From positions 55,207 through 119,206 of the IMG/VR virus record IMGVR_UViG_3300038406_000196: 64,000 nucleotides of DNA. The stretch is one strand, 5' to 3'. The position numbers and the translations under genes were made by a program. Source of the DNA: a virus. The notes beneath the pieces were generated by a model. It was not told where the DNA came from, did not search any database, and worked only from the letters and a program-made list of their open reading frames with translations. Of this stretch, positions 25,932 to 35,149 are shown piece after piece. Position 1 is the stretch's first letter, and every line of letters begins with the position of its first letter.

Positions 25932-26649
25932 GTAGCGCTCCCGTCACGGCTAGGGCCATGGCTCTGATGTTCTCCTTGGACTGCTCCACACGCATCGCCT
26001 CGACGATCGCGGCCGAGTGCTCGGTGCCTGACATCAGCCACGCCGCGCACCAGCGGGCCCCGGAGTCGGCCGGGTTGGTCAGCTCGGCCACCAGGTGCAG
26101 CGGGTCGACCCCGACCCGCTGGCGGACCGCAGCCAGGTACAGCCGCCGCGTGTCCGCGTCGCGTAGCAGGGCAAGGGCCACCTCGTCGGCCAGCTCCGGC
26201 GAGCCCGTCTTCGCCAAGATCCCGGCAGCGTTCACCCGCAGCACCGCGCTGGAACCGTCGTGGAGCCAGGACAGCAACTGGGCGACCGACTTGGTTTCCC
26301 GGACGGCGAGCCGCTGGATCGCGTGGTCGACCGCGTGTGTCGTCTGGACGGTCGCCAACGGTCCGTCGTCACCGGCGGCGACCGTCGAATACATGTCACG
26401 GGCGGTGGATGCCTCGTCGGCGCCGACGGCGATAGAGCCGACGAGGGAGACAGCGGCGAACTGGAACAGGTGGCGTCGATGCATGGACAGAGCCCTCTCG
26501 TATGCCTGGATCACGGCGGGTGATGCGGTGCGCCTGCCGGCTTCCACGTTGTGGAGGTGCCCCTTGGAGATGTGGCCGATCGCAGCCACGTCGCCGAGGG
26601 ACATACCGGCAGCATCGCGAGCCTGCCTCAGTAGGTCGCCTACGGCCAT
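25915..26649 (-). CDS. XRE-family HTH regulator with HEAT-like C-terminus
   Basis: LRQARDAAGMSL...SKGHLHNVEAGRR; LRVNAAGILAK. Confidence 0.85.
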   Translation of the reverse strand: MAVGDLLRQARDAAGMSLGDVAAIGHISKGHLHNVEAGRRTASPAVIQAYERALSMHRRHLFQFAAVSLVGSIAVGADEASTARDMYSTVAAGDDGPLATVQTTHAVDHAIQRLAVRETKSVAQLLSWLHDGSSAVLRVNAAGILAKTGSPELADEVALALLRDADTRRLYLAAVRQRVGVDPLHLVAELTNPADSGARWCAAWLMSGTEHSAAIVEAMRVEQSKENIRAMALAVTGALRDDSD

Positions 26650-26847
26650 GATCCGCTCCGATCTGAATACGCCTGAATACGCCGAGAGTCTTCAGGTCTT
26701 GAGAGCTGCGTCACAGACTACCGGCATGGCCGGTACGGCGCCGGGACGTTCCTTACGGCGAGGAAGTCCGTACCGGCCAACCCCAGACCGGGGGTGCGGC
26801 ACCCGCCCGATGCCGCACCCCCACCCCCCCCGGACGGAAGGTGGACC

Positions 26848-27213
26848 GTGAGCGCGAAGCGCCCCCGTGGCGAGACATACATCGCATCCGGTGCCGACAT
26901 CACCCTGCTCCAGCACAGCGCCCTGCAACATGCACCAGAGGAGCTGGTGTCCATGGTGCTCCGGGAGGCTAACCGGGTGCCGCTGTACGCGATGGGCATC
27001 AGGGGTCAGCAGCTCGGCGGCAAGATCGTCACCCATTCGATCGTGGCGGACGGACGCAGCCTCGGCTTCCTGGTCGGGCTCATCGACGCCCGCATCCACG
27101 AGGCGGAGGCCCGCAGGTCCGGTGAGCTAGCCCGCTACATCTCCGGCAAGGACCAGGCCAGCGGAGCGGTCCGGATGGTGCCCGGCGCTGCCACGGTGGA
27201 GTGGACGCAGTGA
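26848..27213 (+). CDS. Hypothetical protein
   Basis: gaaggtgg RBS, GTG start. Confidence 0.6.
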   Translation: MSAKRPRGETYIASGADITLLQHSALQHAPEELVSMVLREANRVPLYAMGIRGQQLGGKIVTHSIVADGRSLGFLVGLIDARIHEAEARRSGELARYISGKDQASGAVRMVPGAATVEWTQ

Positions 27214-27500
27214 GCGCGATAGGCCCTTACCCGAAGGTCACCGAGGTCTGGAAGATCCCCGAGTTCGACCCCCGTAGCGGCAACCACTTCTGGCTCACCT
27301 ATGCCGGCTATGCGGTCGATCCCTCCACTTGGGCACACGGGGAGCAGGCGGTCCTCAGTGAGGAGACCCTCGTCATGCTGTCCGGCCCTGCCTGCTGGTA
27401 CTGCAACGCCCCCTACGACCGCCGCCACCCCACCAGACGCTGCAAAGGCAAGCCACAGCACCCAGATCCCCTGACCCCCACCACCGGAGCACGGCCATGA
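27210..27500 (+). CDS. Hypothetical protein with CxxC
   Basis: GTGA coupling; ACWYC. Confidence 0.6.
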   Translation: MSAIGPYPKVTEVWKIPEFDPRSGNHFWLTYAGYAVDPSTWAHGEQAVLSEETLVMLSGPACWYCNAPYDRRHPTRRCKGKPQHPDPLTPTTGARP

Positions 27501-27724
27501 CAATCCGCACGATTACCTGGTGGTGGCCGTGGAGGCGTGCCGAGCCGCTGCGGGAGACCAACCACGTCGCCCGGATCCCCGACGGGGACCGGGTGCTCGC
27601 ACCGGGCCAGCGGCCGTGGGCGGATCTGCTGTGGCCGTCCGCGCTCACCGAAGCCACCCAGCCGCTGCCGGTGATCGCACCGCCGATGACGCCGCTTGCC
27701 CGGTGGCGAGGAGGTCTGCGTTGA
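27497..27724 (+). CDS. Hypothetical protein
   Basis: ATGA coupling. Confidence 0.5.
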   Translation: MTIRTITWWWPWRRAEPLRETNHVARIPDGDRVLAPGQRPWADLLWPSALTEATQPLPVIAPPMTPLARWRGGLR

Positions 27725-28626
27725 GCGACCAGGAGCAGGCAGGCGACGCCCGCCGGGAGCGCGACACGCCACGGCCGCGGACCATCGACGGGGCGACGCT
27801 GCGGTCCGTGCGGACCAGCCAGCGCGTGTCCCTGCGGCGCATCGCCCGCGCGACGGGCATGTCTCACGGCCATCTGTCCGCAGTCGAACGCGGCGTGTAC
27901 GGCCGGCTGGTCACCCCGGCGATCATCAACGCCTACGAGAAGACTCTCGGGGTGAAGCTGGCCGAGGTCGCAGCCGGTGAGATCCAGCCAGCTGCCGGCA
28001 AACCGAGACGGCTGCCGTGGCAGTCCGGCCAGATGACCCACGCCGAGCGGCGGCAGCTGATGGTGGAGATCGCGGCCACCTCAGCCGGCGCCGGGGATGG
28101 TACCGCGGCAACACGCCGCCGCCTGGCCCACGCCGGTGCGATGCCGGTCGACCTTGACAATCCGGGGGGCCTTGACGTCCTGGAGCGGGTCGTGGACACG
28201 CTGGACCAGCTTGCCGAGCCGGCTGGTGCGGTGGCGCACCTCCTGCTGAACTGGGCGCTGACACTGCCCGACCTGCTGGTAAACGATCGGCTGCACGGTG
28301 TCGTGTTCCCCCCGGAGGTGCAGGCTCGGGTGCAGGCGGTGATCTCCCGGCTTGCCAGACGCGCCGCGCACGGGGCGCAGGCCGGCGGCCGGCAGGAGGC
28401 TGCCCGCAGCCTCTACCTGCTCGCGCTGGCGGCGGCGGCCGACGACCCGGACCTGCGCGGCGAGGCACTGGCAGACCTGGCCCAGCAGCACGTGACAGTG
28501 GGCTACCCGGAGGATGCTCTGGGCGTGATCCGCCTGGCCGAAGGTGACGAGCGGATCGGCGAGACGACCCGAGCCCGGCTGAAGGCGGTCAGGTCCGAGG
28601 CTGAGGGGACGGAGGAGCCCAGCTGA
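27721..28626 (+). CDS. XRE-family HTH regulator
   Basis: LRSVRTSQRVSLRRIARATGMSHGHLSAVERG. Confidence 0.85.
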   Translation: MSDQEQAGDARRERDTPRPRTIDGATLRSVRTSQRVSLRRIARATGMSHGHLSAVERGVYGRLVTPAIINAYEKTLGVKLAEVAAGEIQPAAGKPRRLPWQSGQMTHAERRQLMVEIAATSAGAGDGTAATRRRLAHAGAMPVDLDNPGGLDVLERVVDTLDQLAEPAGAVAHLLLNWALTLPDLLVNDRLHGVVFPPEVQARVQAVISRLARRAAHGAQAGGRQEAARSLYLLALAAAADDPDLRGEALADLAQQHVTVGYPEDALGVIRLAEGDERIGETTRARLKAVRSEAEGTEEPS

Positions 28627-28958
28627 TGGCGATCTACATGGGTAGCGACGGAACTATGGTCATCTCCTCTGGTGGCCAGGTGATCGTCAGCGACGAGAGC
28701 AGGCCGCACCCGGCCGTCCGCCACGCCGAGGCCCGTCCGGACTGGACCTGCATCGGCTGTGGTGAGCCGTACCCGTGCGAGCAGGGTCGGACTCAGCTGA
28801 TCGCCGCCTACGGCGGGTTCACCGATGCGCTGGCGGTCCGGGGTGTGGAGCTGATGGAGCAGGCGATCGTGGACTTGGACGAGGTGCCGCCAGACGAGTT
28901 GTGGCGTCGGTTCCTGGCGTGGACCGCGCCGCTCAACGCCCCGGTGGTGCCGGGGTGA
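28626..28958 (+). CDS. Small Cys/His protein (H..RP.W.C..CG..YPC family)
   Basis: HAEARPDWTCIGCGEPYPC...LWRRFLAW. Confidence 0.7.
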   Translation: MAIYMGSDGTMVISSGGQVIVSDESRPHPAVRHAEARPDWTCIGCGEPYPCEQGRTQLIAAYGGFTDALAVRGVELMEQAIVDLDEVPPDELWRRFLAWTAPLNAPVVPG

Positions 28959-29251
28959 GCGCGCCAACGGTGGACCCGCACAAGCGTGTCGACGTGGCCG
29001 CCCCGGACTCGTACCGGCTGGACGAGCCCGTGTGGGTGTGGCGGCCGGATCCTGACCCGTCACGGCCGGGCCGGTCGCGGACGGGCCGATGGCGCGAGGG
29101 GACCGTGCGGGACAGCGGCTGGCTTGCGGTGCAGGTGGACTTCTGCCCGGCGGGCGGCGGCACCGCAACGGACGCGGTGCGGGCCGAGTACGTGATGCGC
29201 CGGGAGCCGGCCGAGAGCAGTGCATCAAGCGATGCGGATCAGGCGGGGTGA
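28955..29251 (+). CDS. Hypothetical protein (possible SH3-like fold)
   Basis: GTGA coupling; PVWVW...WREGTV. Confidence 0.6.
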   Translation: MSAPTVDPHKRVDVAAPDSYRLDEPVWVWRPDPDPSRPGRSRTGRWREGTVRDSGWLAVQVDFCPAGGGTATDAVRAEYVMRREPAESSASSDADQAG

Positions 29252-29478
29252 TCCTCGCGAACCCGCACACCGACGCCCTGCTCGCCGTCGTGAATCCAGC
29301 CCTCGGCGCGGAGTTGCCGCATGGCGGCCAGCACGGTGCCGTAGCTGACATCATGCTGGTCGCCGAGTTTCGCGTAAGACGGCAGCCAGCGGCTCCCGTC
29401 TTTCTCGACCCGCAGCCCTTTCCCGGTACGGATCTGATCGCGGATGGCCTCGGCCACCCGCTCCCACCTGGTAGCCAT
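29239..29478 (-). CDS. GntR-family winged-helix regulator (HTH only)
   Basis: WERVAEAIRDQI...LPSYAKL...VSYGTV...GVGVRV. Confidence 0.85.
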   Translation of the reverse strand: MATRWERVAEAIRDQIRTGKGLRVEKDGSRWLPSYAKLGDQHDVSYGTVLAAMRQLRAEGWIHDGEQGVGVRVREDHPA

Positions 29479-29569
29479 CGTTGTCTCCCTGCGTCGCAAC
29501 AGGGATTTGACCATGCGCACCGCCTCTGTGTCTACCGGGTCGATCGTGTCAGCCATGCACGCAGGATTG

Positions 29570-29605
29570 ACTATGTTGACATAGTAGCTGTGACGGCGGT
29601 AACGT
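29570..29605 (+). promoter_or_regulatory. GntR-type operator overlapping a promoter
   Basis: Palindrome ACTATGT-TG-ACATAGT (29570-29585); TTGACA-N18-TAACGT. Confidence 0.7.
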
Positions 29606-29859
29606 CCCGCGTGTCCCCTTGCGTCGCAGCTTGGGAGACACGCGGGCCGCCGCGGTGGGGAACGACTGCGGCGGCCGGCCCAACACCACACACAGACCCC
29701 GACCCGGGGTGTCTAGCGCCCTCCCCGCCCCATGGGGAGTGCTGTGCGGCCCCGGGTCGGGCCCATCCCGACAAGCGCCTGGCCGCTGCGGCGGACCGCG
29801 AGAGCCGGAGTTCTCTGCAGGTCACCGCAGCGGCCAGGCCCCTCACCCCCGGAGGGACC

Positions 29860-30129
29860 GTGGCCGAGCAGCTGACGATCAGCCTGGAAGACGCGCAGGA
29901 GACCTGCGATCGGGTGTACGCGACCGAGGCGCTGGCTGCGGTAGCCGGTGAGCGGCTACGCCGGGCTGGTTACCGCGTCAACCGGATCGTCGCCCAGCGG
30001 CTCCGCGAGGACGGCATGCGGCGGGTTGCTGTGGTGCTGCACCCCGACGGTAGCCCGCTTGGTGAGCTGGTTGCGGTGCCGAAGCCGGTCCCGCCGCAGC
30101 GGCGGGCCGACCCTGGCGAGCCACGGTGA
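29860..30129 (+). CDS. Hypothetical protein
   Basis: ggaggg RBS. Confidence 0.6.
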   Translation: MAEQLTISLEDAQETCDRVYATEALAAVAGERLRRAGYRVNRIVAQRLREDGMRRVAVVLHPDGSPLGELVAVPKPVPPQRRADPGEPR

Positions 30130-30350
30130 CCCCCGCCGCCGACGCTCCCCGTCGGTACCGGGCCTACGTCGTCGGGTACGCCGAACACGACGGTGGGCCC
30201 CGCGTCTACCGGGTGGACATCACCGACACCGACGGCACGCCGACGGAGATCGCAAGCCTGACGCCGGACGAGGCGCGGGCGTTGGCGGCGGAGCTGGTCG
30301 ACGAGGCGGCCCGCGCCGATCGGCTGCAGGCCGGCGATCCCAGCGAGTAA
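30126..30350 (+). CDS. Hypothetical protein
   Basis: GTGA coupling; LTPDEARALAAEL. Confidence 0.6.
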   Translation: MTPAADAPRRYRAYVVGYAEHDGGPRVYRVDITDTDGTPTEIASLTPDEARALAAELVDEAARADRLQAGDPSE

Positions 30351-30439
30351 CCCCCTTGAGCCCCCCGGCCGGTGCGCACAGTCCCCGCGAAAGGCAGCAC
30401 ACCGGTCGGGGATCCACCCCCTACTAGGAGGTAACCCCG

Positions 30440-31510
30440 ATGATCTCACCTGATGTCCGGCTGCACCGCCGGACCCTGCTCGGCGCGGCTGCGGCAGCCC
30501 CAGCGGCCATCGCCCTAGCCGCGTGCTCCGACGACGAGCCCGCCACCGCCAGCGGACCACCGGACAAGGTCACGTACACCACCAACTTCGGGCAGCTCGG
30601 CCGCGACGCCTACGCCTATGTGGCCCTGGACAAGGGGTTCTTCGCCGAGGCCAACCTGGACGTGACCATCGAACCCGGCGCCGGGACGAACCCGAACCTG
30701 GTCGCGCTCCTGTCCGGCCGCGCGCAGTTCACCGTGATCGACATGGCGGGTGCGATCATCTCCCACGGCAACACGGTCGAAGACCGTGAGGGCGGGTCGG
30801 CGGAGGCCGAAGGCTATGCGGCCCTGGCGGCAATCCAGCAGCTACCGCTGGCGGCGGTCATGGCCTACGACGACTCGGGGATCGCCTCTGTGCACGATCT
30901 GCCGGGCCGCCGCGTCGGGTTCCCGGCAGGGGCGGTGACGGAGCTGCTGTTCCCGGCGTACGTGCAGATCGCCGGGGTCGACCTCGGCGAGGTGGAGTTG
31001 GTGTCGTTGGACCCGCCGCAGCTGGTGCCGGCGCTGGCGGCCGGGCGGGTCGACGCGATCGGCCAGTTCGTGGTGGGTGAGTCGCTGGTCGCCGCCGCTG
31101 GGGACGGCCGCGAGGTGGTGGTGCTGCCGTACAGCGAGTACGTGACCGACCTGTATGGAGTGACCCTGTTCACCACCACCGCACTGGCCGAACAGGAACC
31201 GGACCTGTGTGTCCGGTTCCGCACGGCGCTGCTGCGCGGGCTGGAGTACGCGATGGCCAACCCGTCCGAGGCCGGGCAAATTCTCGCCGAGCACAACCCC
31301 GAGGCCGACCCCGAGGTAGCCGCCAGCGAGGTGGCCGCCATGATCCCCTACGCGCAGGTGCTGGAGCCCAACCGGCAGCTGGGCGACCTGGATGAGGTCC
31401 GGATGGTGCTCAGTCTGGGCATCATGCAGGGGGCTGGGCTGTCCCGGCCAGGCATGCACCCGGACGACCTGGTCGCGTGGGAGCTGACCCTACGTCCCGA
31501 CCAGGACTGA
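30440..31510 (+). CDS. ABC substrate-binding lipoprotein, NMT1/THI5 (NitT/TauT) type
   Basis: Tat RRTLL plus LAAC lipobox; YVALDKGFFAEANLDV, GI.S..DL.GRRVG, ALAAGRVDAI. Confidence 0.9.
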   Translation: MISPDVRLHRRTLLGAAAAAPAAIALAACSDDEPATASGPPDKVTYTTNFGQLGRDAYAYVALDKGFFAEANLDVTIEPGAGTNPNLVALLSGRAQFTVIDMAGAIISHGNTVEDREGGSAEAEGYAALAAIQQLPLAAVMAYDDSGIASVHDLPGRRVGFPAGAVTELLFPAYVQIAGVDLGEVELVSLDPPQLVPALAAGRVDAIGQFVVGESLVAAAGDGREVVVLPYSEYVTDLYGVTLFTTTALAEQEPDLCVRFRTALLRGLEYAMANPSEAGQILAEHNPEADPEVAASEVAAMIPYAQVLEPNRQLGDLDEVRMVLSLGIMQGAGLSRPGMHPDDLVAWELTLRPDQD

Positions 31511-31570
31511 CCTTGCTCCCATGTGGGACGTGCCGCGACCGGGGTCCGGGTCAGCGACAGCCGCACGACC

Positions 31571-31615
31571 CACGGCTCCACCCCGGCCGGACACGTCCGG
31601 CCGGGTGGAGCCGTG
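31571..31615. terminator. Strong hairpin between binding-protein and permease genes
   Basis: About 21-bp stem cacggctccacccc-ggccggac / gtccggcc-gggtggagccgtg. Confidence 0.6.
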
Positions 31616-31631
31616 ACCCGGAGGTGCTTCG

Positions 31632-32429
31632 ATGGACGTAACCGCTGTCTCGCGCCGCCGGCCGCGACGCCGGCAGGTGATGCCGCGCCCGCTGCGGCCA
31701 GTGGTCGCCGCCGCCGTGGCCCTCGGCGCCTGGCAGGCATACGTGGTCGGCAGGGACATTCCGGCGTTCTTCCTTCCCGGCCCGCTCGCCGTTGGCGGTG
31801 CCCTGGGTGACCGGCTGCCCTATCTGGCGCAGCAGTCCGCCGTCACCGCCGGTCACACCCTCGCCGGACTCGCCATAGCTGCCGCGGCGGGCATCGCCGT
31901 AGCGGTCCCGCTTGCCGCGACGGAGTGGCTGAGGGACGCTATCCTGCCGCTGCTCGTCGCCGTCCAAGCCGTCCCGAAGGTGGCGCTGGCGCCCCTGCTG
32001 CTGATCTGGATCGGCTACGGCCACACCCCCAAGGTCGCGCTTACGGCGATGATGTGCTTCTTCCCGATCGTCATCGCCACCCTGACCGGGCTCACCTCCA
32101 CCCCAGCCGATCTGGTCGAGATGGCCAAGGCGAACACCGCCCCCCGCTGGCGGATCTTCCTGCAGGTGCGGGCACCGTGGGCGTTGCCGCAGATGTTCTC
32201 CGGGTTCAAGGTGGCCGCCTCGCTGGCGCTGATCGGGGCGGTGGTGGCGCAGATGTCCCAGCCGGATGTGGGACTCGGGGCGGTGGTGGCGCGGTCCGCG
32301 CAGATCGGCAACACCACCGCCGCGTTCGCCGCGATCTGGTGTCTGTCCGCCATCGGCGTCACCCTGTTCGCCGCCCTGGTTGTGGCGGAGCGGCTGCTGC
32401 TGCCCTGGGCTCGGGTGGTGACCGCATGA
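31632..32429 (+). CDS. ABC permease, NitT/TauT type
   Basis: QAVPKVALAPLLLIWIG, FFPIVI, ALPQMFSGFKV. Confidence 0.92.
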   Translation: MDVTAVSRRRPRRRQVMPRPLRPVVAAAVALGAWQAYVVGRDIPAFFLPGPLAVGGALGDRLPYLAQQSAVTAGHTLAGLAIAAAAGIAVAVPLAATEWLRDAILPLLVAVQAVPKVALAPLLLIWIGYGHTPKVALTAMMCFFPIVIATLTGLTSTPADLVEMAKANTAPRWRIFLQVRAPWALPQMFSGFKVAASLALIGAVVAQMSQPDVGLGAVVARSAQIGNTTAAFAAIWCLSAIGVTLFAALVVAERLLLPWARVVTA

Positions 32430-32620
32430 CCGGACGCGAACGGCTTCAGTGGACGCTCGCCGTCGGGGCGCTGCTGGCCGCGCTCGCCGCCGTGGTCGCA
32501 TACGAGTATCACGGCAACCAGCGGCCCGACCATCCGCAAGACTGCACCCCTCACACGGGGCCGCCGGGTCCGAGCCACCCGGCGGCCCCCCTACCCCCAG
32601 AGGAGGACCCGCGTGGATGA
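32426..32620 (+). CDS. Small membrane-anchored protein
   Basis: ATGA coupling; TM helix. Confidence 0.5.
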   Translation: MTGRERLQWTLAVGALLAALAAVVAYEYHGNQRPDHPQDCTPHTGPPGPSHPAAPLPPEEDPRG

Positions 32621-32888
32621 TGGCAGTCGACCGGCGCCGGCAGGTGTCGCGGTCGCCGCTGCGGCAGTGCACCTGGCACGGGCCCACCGAGTGCTCCTGG
32701 CCGCCGAGCCCGACCCGGCGACCAGTGCCGAACTGGCCCGAGGGATGGTGGCCGTGCTGCGCTGGGTGGCTGCGGTTGGGTTCATGCTGAGCGAAGATCA
32801 TCCGACCGGATCAACGGCGTACGGGGCCTGGTTTGAGGTGGCCGCCAAGGCGGCCGAGGCGGGCCAGCAGTTGGAACAGCTGCCGTGA
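32613..32888 (+). CDS. Hypothetical protein
   Basis: gaggag RBS. Confidence 0.5.
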   Translation: MDDGSRPAPAGVAVAAAAVHLARAHRVLLAAEPDPATSAELARGMVAVLRWVAAVGFMLSEDHPTGSTAYGAWFEVAAKAAEAGQQLEQLP

Positions 32889-33298
32889 CCGTCGAACCGG
32901 AAACCCACGAAGCCCAGGACGTGGATGATCCCGACCCGGGCGTGGCAGGGCTCGCGGGCCTGTACGGGGTGGGTGTCACCATCCGAGACCTGGCCGCAGC
33001 CACTGGCCGTAGCTACGGGTGGGTGCGGCAGCGGCTGGACGATGCGGGTGTGACGTTGCGGGAGCGGGGTTGGCCCCAGGGCCCCCTCGACCCGCCGCCG
33101 GAGCTGCCGCCTGCAGGCAAGCGGCTACGCGGCGCCGCGCGGACAAGGGTGGCCAAGCAGATGCTGGAGTACCGCGAGATGGGCTACACGGTGCGTCGGA
33201 TCGCAGCCGGTTATGGCCTCAACCGCGCGACAGTCGACAGGCTGCTGGGCGAGGCGTCAGTCCTCGACCAGCTGAACGACAACGAGAGGAAGGTATGA
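32885..33298 (+). CDS. Tandem HTH protein
   Basis: TIRDLAAATGRSYGWVRQRL...GVTLR and TVRRIAAGYGLNRATVDRLL. Confidence 0.75.
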   Translation: MTVEPETHEAQDVDDPDPGVAGLAGLYGVGVTIRDLAAATGRSYGWVRQRLDDAGVTLRERGWPQGPLDPPPELPPAGKRLRGAARTRVAKQMLEYREMGYTVRRIAAGYGLNRATVDRLLGEASVLDQLNDNERKV

Positions 33299-33960
33299 CC
33301 AGCAACATGACGACCCCCCAGAGAGGATTGAGGTTGAGGACCAGACTTGCGGCCATCGGTGTGACGGTTGGACTGCTAGCCGGTGCGTGTGGTGCCGACG
33401 AGCCCGACAGCAACATCCCGCAGGCCGACGGTGGCGGAGGCGGCTGCGAGGAGTCGGGTAGCGACGACAACGCCCGGTCGGGCGACCACCAGCCGGACAG
33501 CGGCGCCTGGGAGGCAGTGGCGCAGACCGGCGGCTGGGAACCCGCGACAGAGCCGTACGCCGTCGGCGAGCAGTTCACCGTCGGCGACTGGGAGCTTTCG
33601 GTGATCCGGATCGACTACGACGCGACGGAACTGATCGCCTCCACCGGCGCGGTGGGAGACAGCTACAACGGCAAGCCGGTTGAAGCCTGGCAGTGGGTGC
33701 TGGTTGAGGCGGTAATGACCTACGGCGGGCCGGAAGAGTCGTCGGCACCGACCGTCGACCTTGAAAGCGGCTTCGTCGACCGCAACGGCGAGCTGCATCC
33801 CGGCTATCAGTGCCCCACCGAAAGCCACACCGAGATGCCCCGTGGCGAGAGCGCTGCCGGGATCTCGCTCGTACCGGTGCCGCCTGAGCAGGTCGTCGGC
33901 GGCCTTTGGGGGGTTGGCCCAGCCGACCCCGCAATCGATGACCTGATCTTCGTCCGCTAG
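33295..33960 (+). CDS. Lipoprotein
   Basis: Signal with LAGAC lipobox; beta-rich domain. Confidence 0.7.
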   Translation: MTSNMTTPQRGLRLRTRLAAIGVTVGLLAGACGADEPDSNIPQADGGGGGCEESGSDDNARSGDHQPDSGAWEAVAQTGGWEPATEPYAVGEQFTVGDWELSVIRIDYDATELIASTGAVGDSYNGKPVEAWQWVLVEAVMTYGGPEESSAPTVDLESGFVDRNGELHPGYQCPTESHTEMPRGESAAGISLVPVPPEQVVGGLWGVGPADPAIDDLIFVR

Positions 33961-33999
33961 GCATCACTGACGAGCACCTGAGCCACTGAGGAGGAGACC

Positions 34000-34650
34000 T
34001 TGACCGACAACACTGCGCCATTCGACTACTCGCCCTACCGCGACGTACTCAAACCCGAGTTCGCCGACTACCTGAAGCACGAGCCCGACGCCTCTCGGGT
34101 GTGGAGTTTCTCCCCGGCCGTGGTCGCCGGCTGGCTGCAAACCGACGACTACATGCTGGCGCTCAACCGTGGCACCGGCGACCCGGAGACACCCGACGAG
34201 GTCCGCGCCCGGCGCGTGAAGGTCCGACAGGCCCGGCGTCGGCTGCTGGAAACCGCCACCGAGGTGCGCATCGTGATGGCCGAGATGGTGTTCTGGCGGC
34301 AGGTCGCCCCGGACTGCCCGAGTGACGCGATCATGCGGGAGCAGCTGGACCGGATCAGGCAGGCCGACACCGCGCCGAACGTGACCGTGCAGGTGCTGCC
34401 GATGGGTCGCAGCCTGCTCCGGGGCGCGTCCGCCACCTTCACCGTGCTCGGGTTCCCGGACCGGGGCGGGCTGGCGGGTGGGCTGGTGTACCGGGAAGGG
34501 TTCGACTCGGAGGCGCTGTCCTTCGACCCGGAGCGGGTTGAGCTGTACGAGGACCACTTCCAGCGGCTCAGTGCCGCATCGGTCGACATCGAAACCTACC
34601 TAGCAATGGCAGCCGAGCGCACGCCGCCGTCTTGGCTCAGGGGCGCCTGA
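34000..34650 (+). CDS. Stand-alone DUF5753 (Scr1-like C-terminal) domain protein
   Basis: VVAGWLQTDDY, R...RQ, MREQLDRI, NVTVQVLP, LVYRE; no N-terminal HTH. Confidence 0.8.
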   Translation: MTDNTAPFDYSPYRDVLKPEFADYLKHEPDASRVWSFSPAVVAGWLQTDDYMLALNRGTGDPETPDEVRARRVKVRQARRRLLETATEVRIVMAEMVFWRQVAPDCPSDAIMREQLDRIRQADTAPNVTVQVLPMGRSLLRGASATFTVLGFPDRGGLAGGLVYREGFDSEALSFDPERVELYEDHFQRLSAASVDIETYLAMAAERTPPSWLRGA

Positions 34651-34667
34651 CCCTGGAGACGACGAAG

Positions 34668-34716
34668 GACGCCGCCCGCACCCCGGCCCCGGAGGGCAAG
34701 AGGTGCGGGCGGCGTC
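34668..34716. terminator. Hairpin at the convergence of the two genome arms
   Basis: 15-bp stem gacgccgcccgcacc/ggtgcgggcggcgtc. Confidence 0.7.
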
Positions 34717-34748
34717 AGGGTGGGAGGAATGAAGCTGCGGGGGTGCTG

Positions 34749-35087
34749 CTACTGGCGCTGCCGGACCACCATCGGCTGGTTCGGGATGGCCCAGACGAAC
34801 ACCACGGCGCCGACGGCAAGCGCGAAGTTGATCCACTCGGCGTTGGTCATCCCGTCGGTGACCGCACCGGCGAGGAAGTTCAGCCCGGCGAGCAGCGCAG
34901 CGATGATCGTCTTGGCGTGCCGGTAGCCGGCCACGTTCGCCGTGATCCACACGGCGGCGGCGGTCAGCCCCGCGATCCCGACCTCGATCCACTCCACGTC
35001 GGTGATGATGTTGTCGGTCAGCGCCGACGCAAGGAACGTAGCGGCTGCGAACAGGAACGCGACGATCGCCTTCGCATACTGAGACAC
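34749..35087 (-). CDS. Holin-like membrane protein (internal tandem repeat)
   Basis: AKAIVA...ITDVEWI / AKTIIA...MTNAEWI; four TM segments; downstream of endolysin. Confidence 0.75.
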   Translation of the reverse strand: MSQYAKAIVAFLFAAATFLASALTDNIITDVEWIEVGIAGLTAAAVWITANVAGYRHAKTIIAALLAGLNFLAGAVTDGMTNAEWINFALAVGAVVFVWAIPNQPMVVRQRQ

Positions 35088-35149
35088 GGTGCCCCTCCTT
35101 GGGCCTGTTCCCGACCACCATGGCCGGGGGTTCTCGCGGCGGTGGGCCA

